Shown in pieces: positions 36,353-47,325 of a stretch of DNA of 64,000 bases. The notes under the pieces were generated by a model, which saw only the letters and a list, made by a program, of their open reading frames with translations, had not been told where the DNA came from and ran no database searches. Both the position numbers and the translations under genes were made by a program. The first letter of the stretch is position 1; each line of letters begins with the position of its first letter. This stretch comes from an uncultured Mycoplasmatota bacterium (GTDB lineage Bacteria; Bacillota_I; Bacilli_A; RF39; UBA660), in contig URQZ01000004.1 in assembly GCA_900550255.1 (NCBI GenBank), positions 9,481 to 73,480 on the forward strand. The letters are read 5' to 3'.

Positions 36353-37948
36353 TTAATTATCTATTCCATATTTTTCAATGTAATCCTCATATGATATCTG
36401 CTTATCGCGATAAGTTCCATCCTGTTTAATTTCAATTAATCGATTACATACACTTTCTATTATTTCTTGGTCATAAGTTGCTATCACAACTACACCATTA
36501 AATTTTTCTAATCCTAAGTTAAGTGAATTTATTGATTCAATATCTAAATGATTAGTAGGTTCATCTAAAAGCAAAACATTTCCTTTTTCAAGCATTATTT
36601 TAGACATCATAACACGAACCTTTTCACCACCTGATAAAACATTAACTTTCTTTAAAGATTCTTCTCCCGAAAATAACATTCTACCTAAAAAGCCACGAAT
36701 AAAACTCTCATCTTTATTTTCAGAATAATTACGAAGCCAATTTACTAAATCAATTTCTTCTTTAAAATAGTCATCATGGTTTTTAGCAAAATAACTCATG
36801 TTAACAGTCGATCCTATTTTTATCTCACCACTATCTGGTTTTATCTGTCCAGCAATAATTTTAAGTAGTGCTGTTTTAGCTATTTCATTACCACCTATTA
36901 AGGCTATTTTATCATCTGGTCGAATAGTTAAATTTAAGTTTTTAATTATAACTTCTCCATCTAGGCTATAATTTATTTTTTCTAAACTTATTACTTCTTT
37001 TCCTAAATATTTTTCAGGTTCAAAACTGATATATGGATATTTTCTAGTTGATGGTTTTATTTCATCCAAAACGATTTTATCTAATGCTTTTTTTCTTGAA
37101 GTTGCCTGTTTTGATTTAGAAGCATTCGCACTAAATCTAGCAATAAAATCTTGTAATTCTTTGATTTTCTCTTCTTTTCTTTTATTAGAATCACGCATTT
37201 GTTTTTGAATAAGTTCACTAGATTTAAACCAGAAATCATAATTTCCAACAAAAAGAGTTATTTTTTCATAATCAATATCTACCATATGTGTACAAACTTT
37301 GTTTAAAAAATGACGATCATGAGATACAACTAAAACCGTATTTTTAAAATTGATTAAAAATTCTTCTAACCACATTTTACTTTTAGTATCAAGTCCATTA
37401 GTAGGTTCATCTAAAAGTAAAATATCAGGTTCTCCAAATAATGCACGTGCTAATAAAACCTTAACTTTTTCCTTATCTTCTAACTCAGACATAAATTTAT
37501 CATTACATGAATTATCTAAACCAAGTCCAGCAAGTAAAATGGCAGCGTCACTTTCTGCTTGCCATCCATTTTTTTCTTCAAATTTAGCTTCTAATTCACC
37601 AGCTCTAATTCCATCTTCCATACTAAAATCTGGTTTCATATAAATTGCTTCTTTTTCTTTCATAATATCATAAAGTTCCGTATCTCCAGAAATAACAGTA
37701 TCAATTACTTTATATTCATCAAATTCATTATGATTTTGACGCAAAACAGAAATTCTTTCATTTTTTCCGATAATGACCTCACCTTTTGTTGATTCTACTT
37801 CTCCACTAATAATTTTTAAAAAAGTAGATTTACCAGCTCCATTAGCACCAATTATTCCATAACAGTTATCATCTTTAAATTCTAGGTTTACATTTTCAAA
37901 AAGTGTACGTGTTCCAAAACGTAAACTAACATTATTTATCTTTAACAT
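36353..37948 (-). CDS. ABC-F family ATPase (two ABC cassettes, no transmembrane domain)
   Basis: The Walker A motifs are 'GANGAGKST' and 'GGNEIAKTA' (degenerate). There are two signature and Walker B motifs ('LLLDEPTN' twice) and an inter-domain linker of about 80 aa. Confidence 0.9.
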   Translation of the reverse strand: MLKINNVSLRFGTRTLFENVNLEFKDDNCYGIIGANGAGKSTFLKIISGEVESTKGEVIIGKNERISVLRQNHNEFDEYKVIDTVISGDTELYDIMKEKEAIYMKPDFSMEDGIRAGELEAKFEEKNGWQAESDAAILLAGLGLDNSCNDKFMSELEDKEKVKVLLARALFGEPDILLLDEPTNGLDTKSKMWLEEFLINFKNTVLVVSHDRHFLNKVCTHMVDIDYEKITLFVGNYDFWFKSSELIQKQMRDSNKRKEEKIKELQDFIARFSANASKSKQATSRKKALDKIVLDEIKPSTRKYPYISFEPEKYLGKEVISLEKINYSLDGEVIIKNLNLTIRPDDKIALIGGNEIAKTALLKIIAGQIKPDSGEIKIGSTVNMSYFAKNHDDYFKEEIDLVNWLRNYSENKDESFIRGFLGRMLFSGEESLKKVNVLSGGEKVRVMMSKIMLEKGNVLLLDEPTNHLDIESINSLNLGLEKFNGVVVIATYDQEIIESVCNRLIEIKQDGTYRDKQISYEDYIEKYGIDN

Positions 37949-38014
37949 AGAAACCTCCTTATTTTTAAGTTATATAGCCACTTTTTTAATTATATCAAAA
38001 AAATAGGATTTTTC

Positions 38015-39499
38015 CTACTTTTTTACATTAACTTTACCTTTTCTAGACTTTAGTTCTCTTTTTAAAATATTTAAAAATTCTATTCTTTTTATGTCTTTTT
38101 CTACTTTTTCATCTAAATTATTACCATCAATTGTTTTTAAATATTTAACATTATCAAAATAACCATTTATATCATCAAAAATAACCTCTAAAAGTTTTTC
38201 TTCCTGAGATTTTGGAAAATTACAATCAATCATCTTTTTAAAAGAATCAATATCTAGTTTATATTCATTTGGATCTATTAGATATTCTATTCTCTTAATT
38301 TTATATAAAGCTTCTATCATGACATCTTTTTTTATTTTCTTTATAAATAGTTTTTGATATTCTTCATGTATTTTTTGAACCTTTTCAAAATCAATACTAT
38401 CATTTTTAAATTCAGATTCTATTTTTCTACACTTTTGAATAAGTTCTTTATTTCCTATTTTATTTGCTAACTCCATCATTCCTTTTAAATATAATTGAAT
38501 AGAATTCATTGTCAAAATATCCGGAGCAGCTATAGCTTTAAACCTATCAGCCGTATTATATCTATCATTTAATTGTTCTACACCTAATTTATAACCAATA
38601 GTTAAATTATTATATTTTTCTTTTATTCCAACTGCATATTTTAATGGTAACAAAAATAGTTTATAGTTATTAATATAATCATAATCTTTTTCATTTTTTT
38701 TAGTTGCCACTACAGCATCAATCTCAAAAAATTGATGTACATTATAATAATCATCATTTATATATACTAAATTGGATGCATGACCAATATTGCCTTCAAA
38801 AGGTTTCCAAAGTATTTTTTCACAATTAATATTTAAAGCATTACAAACGGCTGAAATAACATTAGCATAACCCTCACATACAACATAATCATTATTTAAA
38901 ACTTCATTAATATCCCTTGAAGTACTTTGATCTTTATCATAAGCTTTATATGGCTTTTTTCTTACTTTATCATATAAAAAAATTATTTGTTCTAATGGCG
39001 TTAAATCATATTTTTTTATTTCTCTCTTCATTTTATCTATTAATTTATAAGAATTTAAAACTTCATTATAACTTAAAAGTGAATAATTATTGTATTTATC
39101 TTTAAATTTAATTTTATCATTAAACTTATTATTACTTAATAATGAATTAATCTCATTATCTTTAACTTTAGTTATATCAATTATACAACCATTAAAAAAT
39201 ACCTCATTTATTCTTTTAAAAGAATTAGAACTAAATGAATCTATACTTATTTCACAATTTCCATCTTTAATTTTTTGATTTAACATTTCCACTACTTTGT
39301 CATATAATTGAAAAATGTCCATACCAGATTCATTATATTTATCATATGCCTCATACTCAAATTTAAGTGTTTTTCTATATTTCTTAGATATTTTAGGATA
39401 AATATCAGAAATACCATTTACCATAACATTAATATCAATTGGATTTGAATAAATACCTAATTTATCTTTTTCATTTTTTATAATTATACTTAGATTCAT
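38015..39499 (-). CDS. transglutaminase-like (papain-fold Cys-His-Asp) domain protein
   Basis: The predicted catalytic residues are Cys in 'CEGYANVI', His in 'IGHASNLVYI' and Asp in 'FEIDAV', with TGase-like spacing. Confidence 0.5.
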   Translation of the reverse strand: MNLSIIIKNEKDKLGIYSNPIDINVMVNGISDIYPKISKKYRKTLKFEYEAYDKYNESGMDIFQLYDKVVEMLNQKIKDGNCEISIDSFSSNSFKRINEVFFNGCIIDITKVKDNEINSLLSNNKFNDKIKFKDKYNNYSLLSYNEVLNSYKLIDKMKREIKKYDLTPLEQIIFLYDKVRKKPYKAYDKDQSTSRDINEVLNNDYVVCEGYANVISAVCNALNINCEKILWKPFEGNIGHASNLVYINDDYYNVHQFFEIDAVVATKKNEKDYDYINNYKLFLLPLKYAVGIKEKYNNLTIGYKLGVEQLNDRYNTADRFKAIAAPDILTMNSIQLYLKGMMELANKIGNKELIQKCRKIESEFKNDSIDFEKVQKIHEEYQKLFIKKIKKDVMIEALYKIKRIEYLIDPNEYKLDIDSFKKMIDCNFPKSQEEKLLEVIFDDINGYFDNVKYLKTIDGNNLDEKVEKDIKRIEFLNILKRELKSRKGKVNVKK

Positions 39500-39575
39500 A
39501 ATATCACTCCATAAATATAGAAATTATAATACAATTAAAAAACTACAATGTCAACAAAAAAATAAGCTTTAGCGC

Positions 39576-40091
39576 CTATTTTTTACTGAATCCGTTTTTC
39601 TCTAAGAATTTTGCATAATCATCATATTCTGAATATCCTACATGGCTATCAACAATTTTATTATCTTTAACTAATAATACAGTTGGTGTAGCACCATAGT
39701 TTTCTTCAAAGAAATCTTTATCTAAATCTACAATCTTAGATTGGCCATCAGAATCTACTGTTGAAATATCTAAATATAATGTTTCATATCCATATTCTTC
39801 TTGGGCTTTTTGTAAGTTTGGTAAGAATTGTACACAATATCCACAAGTTGAACGTCCCATATAAATAACTTTCATTTCACTAGATTTAAATGCATCAACA
39901 ACACCATCTACATCAATACTAGTAAACATACTTACATCATATTCAGTATTTTCTTCTGTATCATCTGTTTTTGTTTCTTCCTTCTTAACACTACCATTTG
40001 TTGTAATAACAACAAGTATATTAATTAAAAGAAGAGCAATTATGACATATAAACATTTTAAAATTTTATTCATTATTTCTTTACTTTCCAT
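39576..40091 (-). CDS. membrane-anchored thioredoxin-fold thiol-disulfide oxidoreductase
   Basis: The CxxC active site is 'STCGYCVQF'. There is an N-terminal TM anchor. The start is reassigned to the ATG at 40089..40091 (MESKEI...), which has a GGGAGGA RBS 6 nt upstream. Confidence 0.7.
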   Translation of the reverse strand: MESKEIMNKILKCLYVIIALLLINILVVITTNGSVKKEETKTDDTEENTEYDVSMFTSIDVDGVVDAFKSSEMKVIYMGRSTCGYCVQFLPNLQKAQEEYGYETLYLDISTVDSDGQSKIVDLDKDFFEENYGATPTVLLVKDNKIVDSHVGYSEYDDYAKFLEKNGFSKK

Positions 40092-40163
40092 CTTTATTCC
40101 TCCCACTAATAAACATATCAAATTTTCAAATTTTTTTCAATCTTTTTCTTCTAATTTTCACAA

Positions 40164-43112
40164 TTACATTTTAATTTCTTCTAGTTTAACACTAACTAAT
40201 TTACTTACACCAGATTCTTGCATCGTAATCCCATATAAAACATCAGCATATTCCATTGTTTTCTTTTTATGGGTAATTAAAATAAATTGTGTTTTTTCTT
40301 TTAAATTTGTCAAATAGCTACCAAAAGCATCTACATTAACTTCATCTAAAGCCGCTTCTACTTCATCTAAAATACAAAATGGAACTGGTCTTGATTTTAG
40401 AATGGCAAATAATAAACTTATAGCTGTAAATGTTTTTTCACCACCCGATAATAATGAGATACTAGTTAATTTTTTACCTGGAGGTGATGCAACAATTTCA
40501 ATTCCTGTTTCTAACATATTTTCAGGTTCTGTAAGTTTCAATACGGCATTACCACCTTTAAATAATTCCTTAAATGTTTGAGTGAAATTTGCTTGAATTG
40601 TTTTAAATGTAGTTTCAAATTCATTTTTCATCACATTATCCATCTCATCAATAATTTCAAGTAAGGTATTCTCAGCTTTAACTAAATCTTCTTTTTGATT
40701 ATTTAAAAATTCATAACGCTCACTTACTTCTTCATATTCTTCAATAGCATTTATATTTACAGGACCTAAATTATTTATTTCTTTTTTAAGTGTACTTACC
40801 AAATTTCTTGCCTGTTCTTCTTCCATATTAAGTTCATATAGTTGAAAAGCTTTTTCATAAGTTAAACTATAAGTTTCATTTAATTTATTTAATAAATTAT
40901 CTAGTTTAACATCCATTCTAGTTACTTCTATTTCTAATTCTTTTAATTCTTTATTTTTTGAATTAAATAAACTATTTTCTCTTTTTAATGAAAATTCAAA
41001 TTCCTCTAATTTAGTATTTAAATCATCACGTTTTTTCACAACATTTTCTAAATCGGTTTCTAATTTTGTTTTCAATTCTAATTCCTCATAGTATTTTTTC
41101 AAAAGTTTCTGTTCTTCATTATCTAAATTATTATTTAGCATTCCTTCTGTTCCACTTATTTCTTTTTGAATGGAATTATATTTTTCTTGATTTTCCTCTA
41201 AATTATTTATTTTATTCAATCTACTTTGTTCTGTTGCAATATAATTTCTATGTTTTGTATATATTTTATCTTCGATATTTTTTAATTCATCGTCATTTTC
41301 ATTAATATGATTTTCTAAATCTTTTATATTATTAATAATATTATCTAACAATTTTAAATTATTTTCTAATTCGTATTTTTCTGTAATTATATTTTTAGAT
41401 TTTATTTGACTACCACCCGTTAGTGATCCACCAACGTGAAGTAAATTTCCATCTAAAGTAACCACCCTATAACGATAATTTATACTTCTACTAATAGTGT
41501 TAGCGCTATCAATATCTTTTGCAACAATAACATTTCCTAGTTGATTTTCAATTATGTTTTTATATTTTAAATCATATTTAACTAAATTTGAAGCAACATC
41601 AACAAAACCATCAACGGTCTTAATTTTTTGAATACTATCTGAATCTATATATTTAGGTTTTATGATATTAAGTGGGAAAAATGTTACTCTACCTAAATTA
41701 TTGCTTTTTAAATAATTAATTGCTTCCTTAGCGCATATTTCATCATCAACTACAATATTAGTTGATGCATACCCTAAAACCGTACTTATTGCAAGCATAT
41801 GTGACTCATCAAATTCAATTAAAGAACCAATAACGTTATGTATACCTCTTAACTTTGGATTATCTAAAACTGTTTTTACAGCATGTGGCAATGAACTATT
41901 ATTATCAATTGATTCTCTAAGATATGTTATTTTGTTTTCAATTATATTTTTTTCTCTTATTTTTTTAGTTAATTCTTGTTCATAAGTATTTTTACGAGTT
42001 GTAATACGATTTTTTTCATTTTCTAATTTTTCTAGTTCTACTTTTATATCATTAACAGCAGTTTCAATACTTTCTATTTCATATTTAAAAATATTAATGT
42101 CTTTACTAAGTTTTAATTCCTGTTCTCTTAATTCAATTAAGTTATTATGAAGCTTGGTATCAGCAACAGCGTATTTTTGTCTTTCAATTAAAATATTCTT
42201 TTCACTATTTATTTTTTCAACTTCTTCTGTTTTTTTAAGCAAATCTTGTTGTAATTTATTTAATTTTAAATTCAACTTATTAAGTTCTACTTTATATTCT
42301 TCTATTTCTACTTCACTATTATTATTAGTTGTTGAAATTGACATTATTTCTTTATTTAATTCTTCTATTTTTTGTTTATTCATTTGATATTTAAAATTCA
42401 AATTAGTAATATCATTTGTAATAACAGCTACTTCTATTTTTTCAAGTTTTTCCTTTTTTTCTTTATAAATAATAGCTTTTTCTTTTTGTTCTCTTAGAGG
42501 ACTAACACGATTATCAAGTTCAGAAATAATATCATTAACACGATTCATATTATCATGAGTTCTTTCTAGTTTTCTTAGAGCTTCTTTTTTCCTTGTTTTA
42601 TACTTTAAAACACCAGCTGCTTCCTCAAAAATAACTCTTCTTTCACTTGGTTTACTACTAATTATTTCTTCTATTTTTCCTTGAGAAATTATATTAAAGC
42701 TTTCCTTAGCAATACCACTATCCATAAGTAGATCTGTTACATCTTTTAATCTACATTTTTCATTATTAATCAAATATTCGTTTGTTCCATCTTTATATAC
42801 ACGTCTTTTAATTGACACTTCCTCATAGGGACTATTTAAATATTTATCTGAATTATCAAAAATTAAATTAACGGTCGCAACATTCATCGGACGTCTGGAT
42901 TTACTTCCGGAGAAAATAACATCTGTCATATTTCCATCACCACGAAGTGATTTTACAGATTGTTCTCCTAAAACCCATCTAACAGCATCTACAACGTTAC
43001 TTTTACCACTTCCATTTGGTCCAACTATTCCCGTTATTGTATTTGGAAGTTCAATTGAAATTTTATCAGCAAATGACTTAAATCCACTTGCTTCAATTTT
43101 CTTTAAATACAT
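40164..43112 (-). CDS. smc: chromosome segregation protein SMC (compact ~980-aa form)
   Basis: The N-terminal Walker A is 'GPNGSGKSN'. There are long coiled-coils and a central hinge. The C-terminal signature 'LSGGEK' and Walker B 'ILDEVEAALD' are present. Confidence 0.9.
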   Translation of the reverse strand: MYLKKIEASGFKSFADKISIELPNTITGIVGPNGSGKSNVVDAVRWVLGEQSVKSLRGDGNMTDVIFSGSKSRRPMNVATVNLIFDNSDKYLNSPYEEVSIKRRVYKDGTNEYLINNEKCRLKDVTDLLMDSGIAKESFNIISQGKIEEIISSKPSERRVIFEEAAGVLKYKTRKKEALRKLERTHDNMNRVNDIISELDNRVSPLREQKEKAIIYKEKKEKLEKIEVAVITNDITNLNFKYQMNKQKIEELNKEIMSISTTNNNSEVEIEEYKVELNKLNLKLNKLQQDLLKKTEEVEKINSEKNILIERQKYAVADTKLHNNLIELREQELKLSKDINIFKYEIESIETAVNDIKVELEKLENEKNRITTRKNTYEQELTKKIREKNIIENKITYLRESIDNNSSLPHAVKTVLDNPKLRGIHNVIGSLIEFDESHMLAISTVLGYASTNIVVDDEICAKEAINYLKSNNLGRVTFFPLNIIKPKYIDSDSIQKIKTVDGFVDVASNLVKYDLKYKNIIENQLGNVIVAKDIDSANTISRSINYRYRVVTLDGNLLHVGGSLTGGSQIKSKNIITEKYELENNLKLLDNIINNIKDLENHINENDDELKNIEDKIYTKHRNYIATEQSRLNKINNLEENQEKYNSIQKEISGTEGMLNNNLDNEEQKLLKKYYEELELKTKLETDLENVVKKRDDLNTKLEEFEFSLKRENSLFNSKNKELKELEIEVTRMDVKLDNLLNKLNETYSLTYEKAFQLYELNMEEEQARNLVSTLKKEINNLGPVNINAIEEYEEVSERYEFLNNQKEDLVKAENTLLEIIDEMDNVMKNEFETTFKTIQANFTQTFKELFKGGNAVLKLTEPENMLETGIEIVASPPGKKLTSISLLSGGEKTFTAISLLFAILKSRPVPFCILDEVEAALDEVNVDAFGSYLTNLKEKTQFILITHKKKTMEYADVLYGITMQESGVSKLVSVKLEEIKM

Positions 43113-43193
43113 ATTACCACTCTTTCATAACTCATTTTTTATTATACTATATTTTAAAGTAATAAGGCAAATAAAAAGATTCCTTTTTGGAAT

Positions 43194-43757
43194 CTAATTA
43201 CATGAATATCCTGCTTTTTCTAAACTTTTTTTCATTGTGTCATAATTATTATCTTCATCAACTGATAAAATTCCTGACATTTTGCTAACTTCGGCTGATA
43301 CTTTAACTTCAATGACATTTCCATTTAAAGACATACTTGCTTTTCCACCATTATCCTTAACTTCTTTTATAGAACTATCAAGTTGTTTTTTAAAGGCCTT
43401 ATATAAAATATCTTTATATTGTTTTTGCTCACTTAAATCAACACTCATATTAAAATTTGCTTTTTTTGCTTTTTCACTGATAAATTTAGCAGTAAATTCG
43501 CCTTTCATTTTCATACCAGATTGTTCTTGTTTAATTGTGCATTTTAAAGTTTTTGGTCTAATTGATATAAGTATTCCACCTACTACAACTATAATTATAA
43601 CAGCTACTATTGCAACTATAATAACAGGATTTGTTCTTTTAGGTTTGTTTTTTGTATTATCACTTGCAGTATTATTTACCTCTTCTAATGCCTCACCACA
43701 GCTTTTACAAAATTTTGCTCCCTCTTCATTTTGAAAATCACATTTTTTACACTTCAT
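43194..43757 (-). CDS. zinc-ribbon domain protein with single TM helix and extracytoplasmic domain
   Basis: The N-terminus reads 'CKKCDFQNEEGAKFCKSCG'. It is followed by the TM helix 'VIIVAIVAVIIIVVVGGILI'. A hairpin terminator lies downstream. Confidence 0.5.
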   Translation of the reverse strand: MKCKKCDFQNEEGAKFCKSCGEALEEVNNTASDNTKNKPKRTNPVIIVAIVAVIIIVVVGGILISIRPKTLKCTIKQEQSGMKMKGEFTAKFISEKAKKANFNMSVDLSEQKQYKDILYKAFKKQLDSSIKEVKDNGGKASMSLNGNVIEVKVSAEVSKMSGILSVDEDNNYDTMKKSLEKAGYSCN

Positions 43758-43829
43758 AACTTTACTCCCTCTATCAATTACAGCATCTAAATACTGTCAC
43801 CGTAAACATAACATTTTTAAATCTTTATG

Positions 43830-44660
43830 TCAAATATCTTTCTGACAATTTTCACAATAATATGTACCTCTTCCACCTATTCTTATCTTAGTTATTTTTT
43901 TATTACATTTTGGACATATTTCTTTATTATGAACTAGAAGTTCATTTTGAAATCTACCATGTACCCCTTCACTAGATTCATAGCTTCTTATTGTTGTTCC
44001 ACCTAATTTTATAGCTTTTTCTAAAACGTTTTTTGTATTATCAATAATTGATTGTAATTCTTTCTCATTTAATTTAAATGCTTGCTTTAAAGGATTAATT
44101 CGTCCTAAAAAAAGAATTTCATCAGCATATATATTTCCAATACCAACTATTATTTTTTGATCTAATAAAACCGTTTTTATAGGTAATTTTTTGTTTTTAT
44201 ATTTTTCTTTTAAATATTTTGTATTTAAATTATTATCCCAAGGTTCAAGTCCTAATTCATTTAATGGTTTTTGATTCAAAATATTTTCTTTCTCTATCAG
44301 ATGCATTCGCCCAAATTTTCGAGTATCACAATATCTTAATTCTGTATTATCATTAAGTAAAAAACTTATATGTTCATGTTTTTCAATTTTAGAACCAATT
44401 TTTCTAATATGATATTTACCTTCCATACGTAAATGACTAAGTAAATAATAATGATCTAGTTCAAACATTAACCATTTACCACGTCTTTTTATATCATTTA
44501 TTTTTTCATTAATAATTTTCTTTTTAAATTCTTCTTGCGTTGGGTATTCAATAATTTTATCATAAATAACATTAACACCTACTATTGTTTTATTTACAAG
44601 TATTTTTTTTAAATTATTTTTAACTGTTTCTACTTCAGGTAATTCTGGCATAATATTCAC
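43830..44660 (-). CDS. mutM: formamidopyrimidine-DNA glycosylase (Fpg/MutM)
   Basis: The N-terminus is 'MPELPEVETV'. A C-terminal zinc finger 'CPKCNKKI...CENCQ' is present. Confidence 0.9.
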   Translation of the reverse strand: MNIMPELPEVETVKNNLKKILVNKTIVGVNVIYDKIIEYPTQEEFKKKIINEKINDIKRRGKWLMFELDHYYLLSHLRMEGKYHIRKIGSKIEKHEHISFLLNDNTELRYCDTRKFGRMHLIEKENILNQKPLNELGLEPWDNNLNTKYLKEKYKNKKLPIKTVLLDQKIIVGIGNIYADEILFLGRINPLKQAFKLNEKELQSIIDNTKNVLEKAIKLGGTTIRSYESSEGVHGRFQNELLVHNKEICPKCNKKITKIRIGGRGTYYCENCQKDI

Positions 44661-44762
44661 CTCATTTATATTTTAGCACAACAATTAAATTTTTTTATTT
44701 TTTTTCTTTGTATTTTTTCTAATAAGTGATATAATCTTTCTATTAATAAAGAAGGTGTAATT

Positions 44763-45443
44763 ATGATTAAATTAAAAGAAAAAGGACAATTAATTGTTTT
44801 ATCTGGACCAAGTGGTTGTGGTAAAGACACAATTTGTTCAGAAGTTTTAAAGAAAAATAAAAATACTTGGTTATCTATCTCTTGTACATCAAGACAACCT
44901 CGTGGAAAAGAAGTAAATGGTAAAGATTACTTTTTCCTTACAAACGAAGAATTTGAAGAAAAAATTAAAAATAATGATTTCTTAGAATATGCAAAGTACA
45001 ACAATTGCTACTACGGAACTCCTAAAAGTAAAATAGATGAATATCTAAATAAAGGAATTGATGTTATTCTTGTAATTGAAGTACAAGGAGCTTTAGAAGT
45101 TAAAGAAAAAGTAAAAGATGCTCTATTTATTTTTATACTGCCACCAAGTATGAAAGAATTAAAACGAAGACTTAAATCACGTGGTACAGAAGATGAAGAA
45201 AAAATTATGAATCGCTTTAAAATAGCATATAAAGAAATAAACCAAATAACAAAATATAACTATGTTGTTGTAAATGACGAAATAGAAGAGGCTGTAACTA
45301 AAGTTAACTCTATTATAATATCTGAAAAATGTAGAGTTGATCGTATTGAAGAAGTATTCTTAAACAATGAAGAAGAATTAATTCATGAAACTCTAATGGA
45401 AAAAGAATTTGATAACAGTGTTGATGAAATAGGAAAAAAATGA
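44763..45443 (+). CDS. gmk: guanylate kinase
   Basis: The P-loop is 'GPSGCGKDT' and the GMP-binding block is 'SCTSRQPRGKEVNGKDYFF'. Confidence 0.85.
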   Translation: MIKLKEKGQLIVLSGPSGCGKDTICSEVLKKNKNTWLSISCTSRQPRGKEVNGKDYFFLTNEEFEEKIKNNDFLEYAKYNNCYYGTPKSKIDEYLNKGIDVILVIEVQGALEVKEKVKDALFIFILPPSMKELKRRLKSRGTEDEEKIMNRFKIAYKEINQITKYNYVVVNDEIEEAVTKVNSIIISEKCRVDRIEEVFLNNEEELIHETLMEKEFDNSVDEIGKK

Positions 45444-45460
45444 TATTCACATATCATTTT

Positions 45461-47272
45461 TTATATATCTAAAATTATTTTATATTTTACAGTCCAAATA
45501 TCAAATTGATATAAATAAGCAAGTAATTCTGGGCCTGTCATTAATTGACCAAACCAAGGAGTTTTAAAACTTTCTCCTCCTGTTTCTATTAAATTCATCA
45601 ATTTATCGTAATCAAAAATTTTATATAAAACAGATTTCTTATTTTTTAACCTTTTCTTTAACAATTTAATCATAATCTTCGTATACTTAGGATTATGTGT
45701 TTTAGGATAAGGATTTTTCTTTCGATCAATTATTTCTTTTGGTAGAATATTTTTAAAAGCATGACGAAGTAAACCTTTTTCTTGATTATTTCTATATTTA
45801 TATTCCCAAGGTACATTCCATAAATATTCTATTAATTTAGTATCTGCGAAAGGAACTCTTGCCTCAAGAGAAGCACGCATTGTCATACGATCTTTACGAT
45901 CTAGTAAAGTTGGCATAAACCAAGTCATATTTAAATAAAATAATTTTTTTAAATTTTCATCATCAGAAACATTAATTTCACTTAGTGTAAGTTCACATTT
46001 TTCTTTCACAAAGTTTTTCAAATCCAATTTTTGAGCTAAATCCTTTTTTATCAAAGATATTCTCTCATCTAAACTATCAATCCAAGGAAAATTTTCACGT
46101 TCTCTAATCTCTTTACGATAAAACCATGGGTATCCACCAAATATTTCATCCGCACATTCACCACTTAAAATAACTTTATGTTCTTTTCTTATCTGTTTAC
46201 TAAACCAAAACAAAGAAGAATCTATATCAGCCATTCCCGGATAATCTCTTGCAATAACACTCTCTTTTAATGTTTTAGCTAATTTGCGCTGACTAATAAC
46301 CTCATATGTATGATTAGTTTTAAAAGCATTTTTCATAATATCAATAAATTTTTTATCTTTAGAAACTTGAAATTTGTTAGCCTTAAAATACTTATCATTA
46401 TCTTCATAATCAATAGAATAAGTATCTAGCACTTGATTTTGTTTTTTTAATTCATTACTAACAACCGCCGTTATAATACTACTATCTAGTCCACCACTTA
46501 AAAAAGTTGAAATTCCTACATCTGATACCATTTGTCTTTTAATGGAATCCATAAGCATTCTTCTTACTTTAGTAGAACATACTTCAAATGTATCATCAAA
46601 CTTTTTATCTTTTACATTCCAATATCTTTTTATATCTATAACTCCTGCTTTATAAGTTAAATAATGAGCTGCCCTAAGTTCCTTAATACCTTTAAAAATA
46701 CCACTACCAGGTATTTTAGATGGTCCAAGTCCTAATAATTCTTGCAAAGATTCTTTATCAATAATAGGTTGTACTAAGTCATTTTTAAGTAAGGCTTTTA
46801 TTTCTGATGCAAATAAAAAATTGCCATCTATTTGCGTATAAAATAAAGGCTTGACTCCTAAACGGTCACGAGCAAGAAAAAGGTCTTTACCATCGTATAT
46901 AGCAAAGGCAAATATTCCTTCTAATTTTTCAACTATTTTTTCCTTGTAACACGCATAACCTTTCAATATAACTTCTGTATCTGATGTTGTATTAAAACTA
47001 TACCCTTTTTTTATCAATTTTTTTCTGATACTATCCGTATTATAAATTTCACCATTATAAACGATAACATAATTATCGTATTTCATTGGTTGTTTTCCTT
47101 TTTCAGGATCAATTATAGCAAGTCTTTTATGACCAAGTAAAACATCATCACTTATAAAATATCCTGTACTATCTGGCCCTCGATATTTTAACGTTTTAGT
47201 CATTTTTTTAATAATTCTTTTTTTGTTTCTTAAATTTTCATTTTTATTCATCCACCCTGTAATTCCACACAT
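45461..47272 (-). CDS. asnB: asparagine synthase (glutamine-hydrolysing)
   Basis: The N-terminus 'MCGITGW' carries the Ntn amidotransferase Cys2. The synthetase domain has the PP-loop 'SGGLDSS'. Confidence 0.9.
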   Translation of the reverse strand: MCGITGWMNKNENLRNKKRIIKKMTKTLKYRGPDSTGYFISDDVLLGHKRLAIIDPEKGKQPMKYDNYVIVYNGEIYNTDSIRKKLIKKGYSFNTTSDTEVILKGYACYKEKIVEKLEGIFAFAIYDGKDLFLARDRLGVKPLFYTQIDGNFLFASEIKALLKNDLVQPIIDKESLQELLGLGPSKIPGSGIFKGIKELRAAHYLTYKAGVIDIKRYWNVKDKKFDDTFEVCSTKVRRMLMDSIKRQMVSDVGISTFLSGGLDSSIITAVVSNELKKQNQVLDTYSIDYEDNDKYFKANKFQVSKDKKFIDIMKNAFKTNHTYEVISQRKLAKTLKESVIARDYPGMADIDSSLFWFSKQIRKEHKVILSGECADEIFGGYPWFYRKEIRERENFPWIDSLDERISLIKKDLAQKLDLKNFVKEKCELTLSEINVSDDENLKKLFYLNMTWFMPTLLDRKDRMTMRASLEARVPFADTKLIEYLWNVPWEYKYRNNQEKGLLRHAFKNILPKEIIDRKKNPYPKTHNPKYTKIMIKLLKKRLKNKKSVLYKIFDYDKLMNLIETGGESFKTPWFGQLMTGPELLAYLYQFDIWTVKYKIILDI

Positions 47273-47325
47273 TTTATTACCTCCATCAATATAACTTATG
47301 CAACAAAATCAATATAGACACAGTA

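Noticed and set aside
40164-43112. SMC gene as a truncated pseudogene (982 aa versus about 1180 typical)
   Set aside because: The N-terminal Walker A, the hinge, the signature motif and the C-terminal Walker B are all in one uninterrupted frame. Compact SMC proteins with shorter coiled-coils occur in small low-GC genomes.
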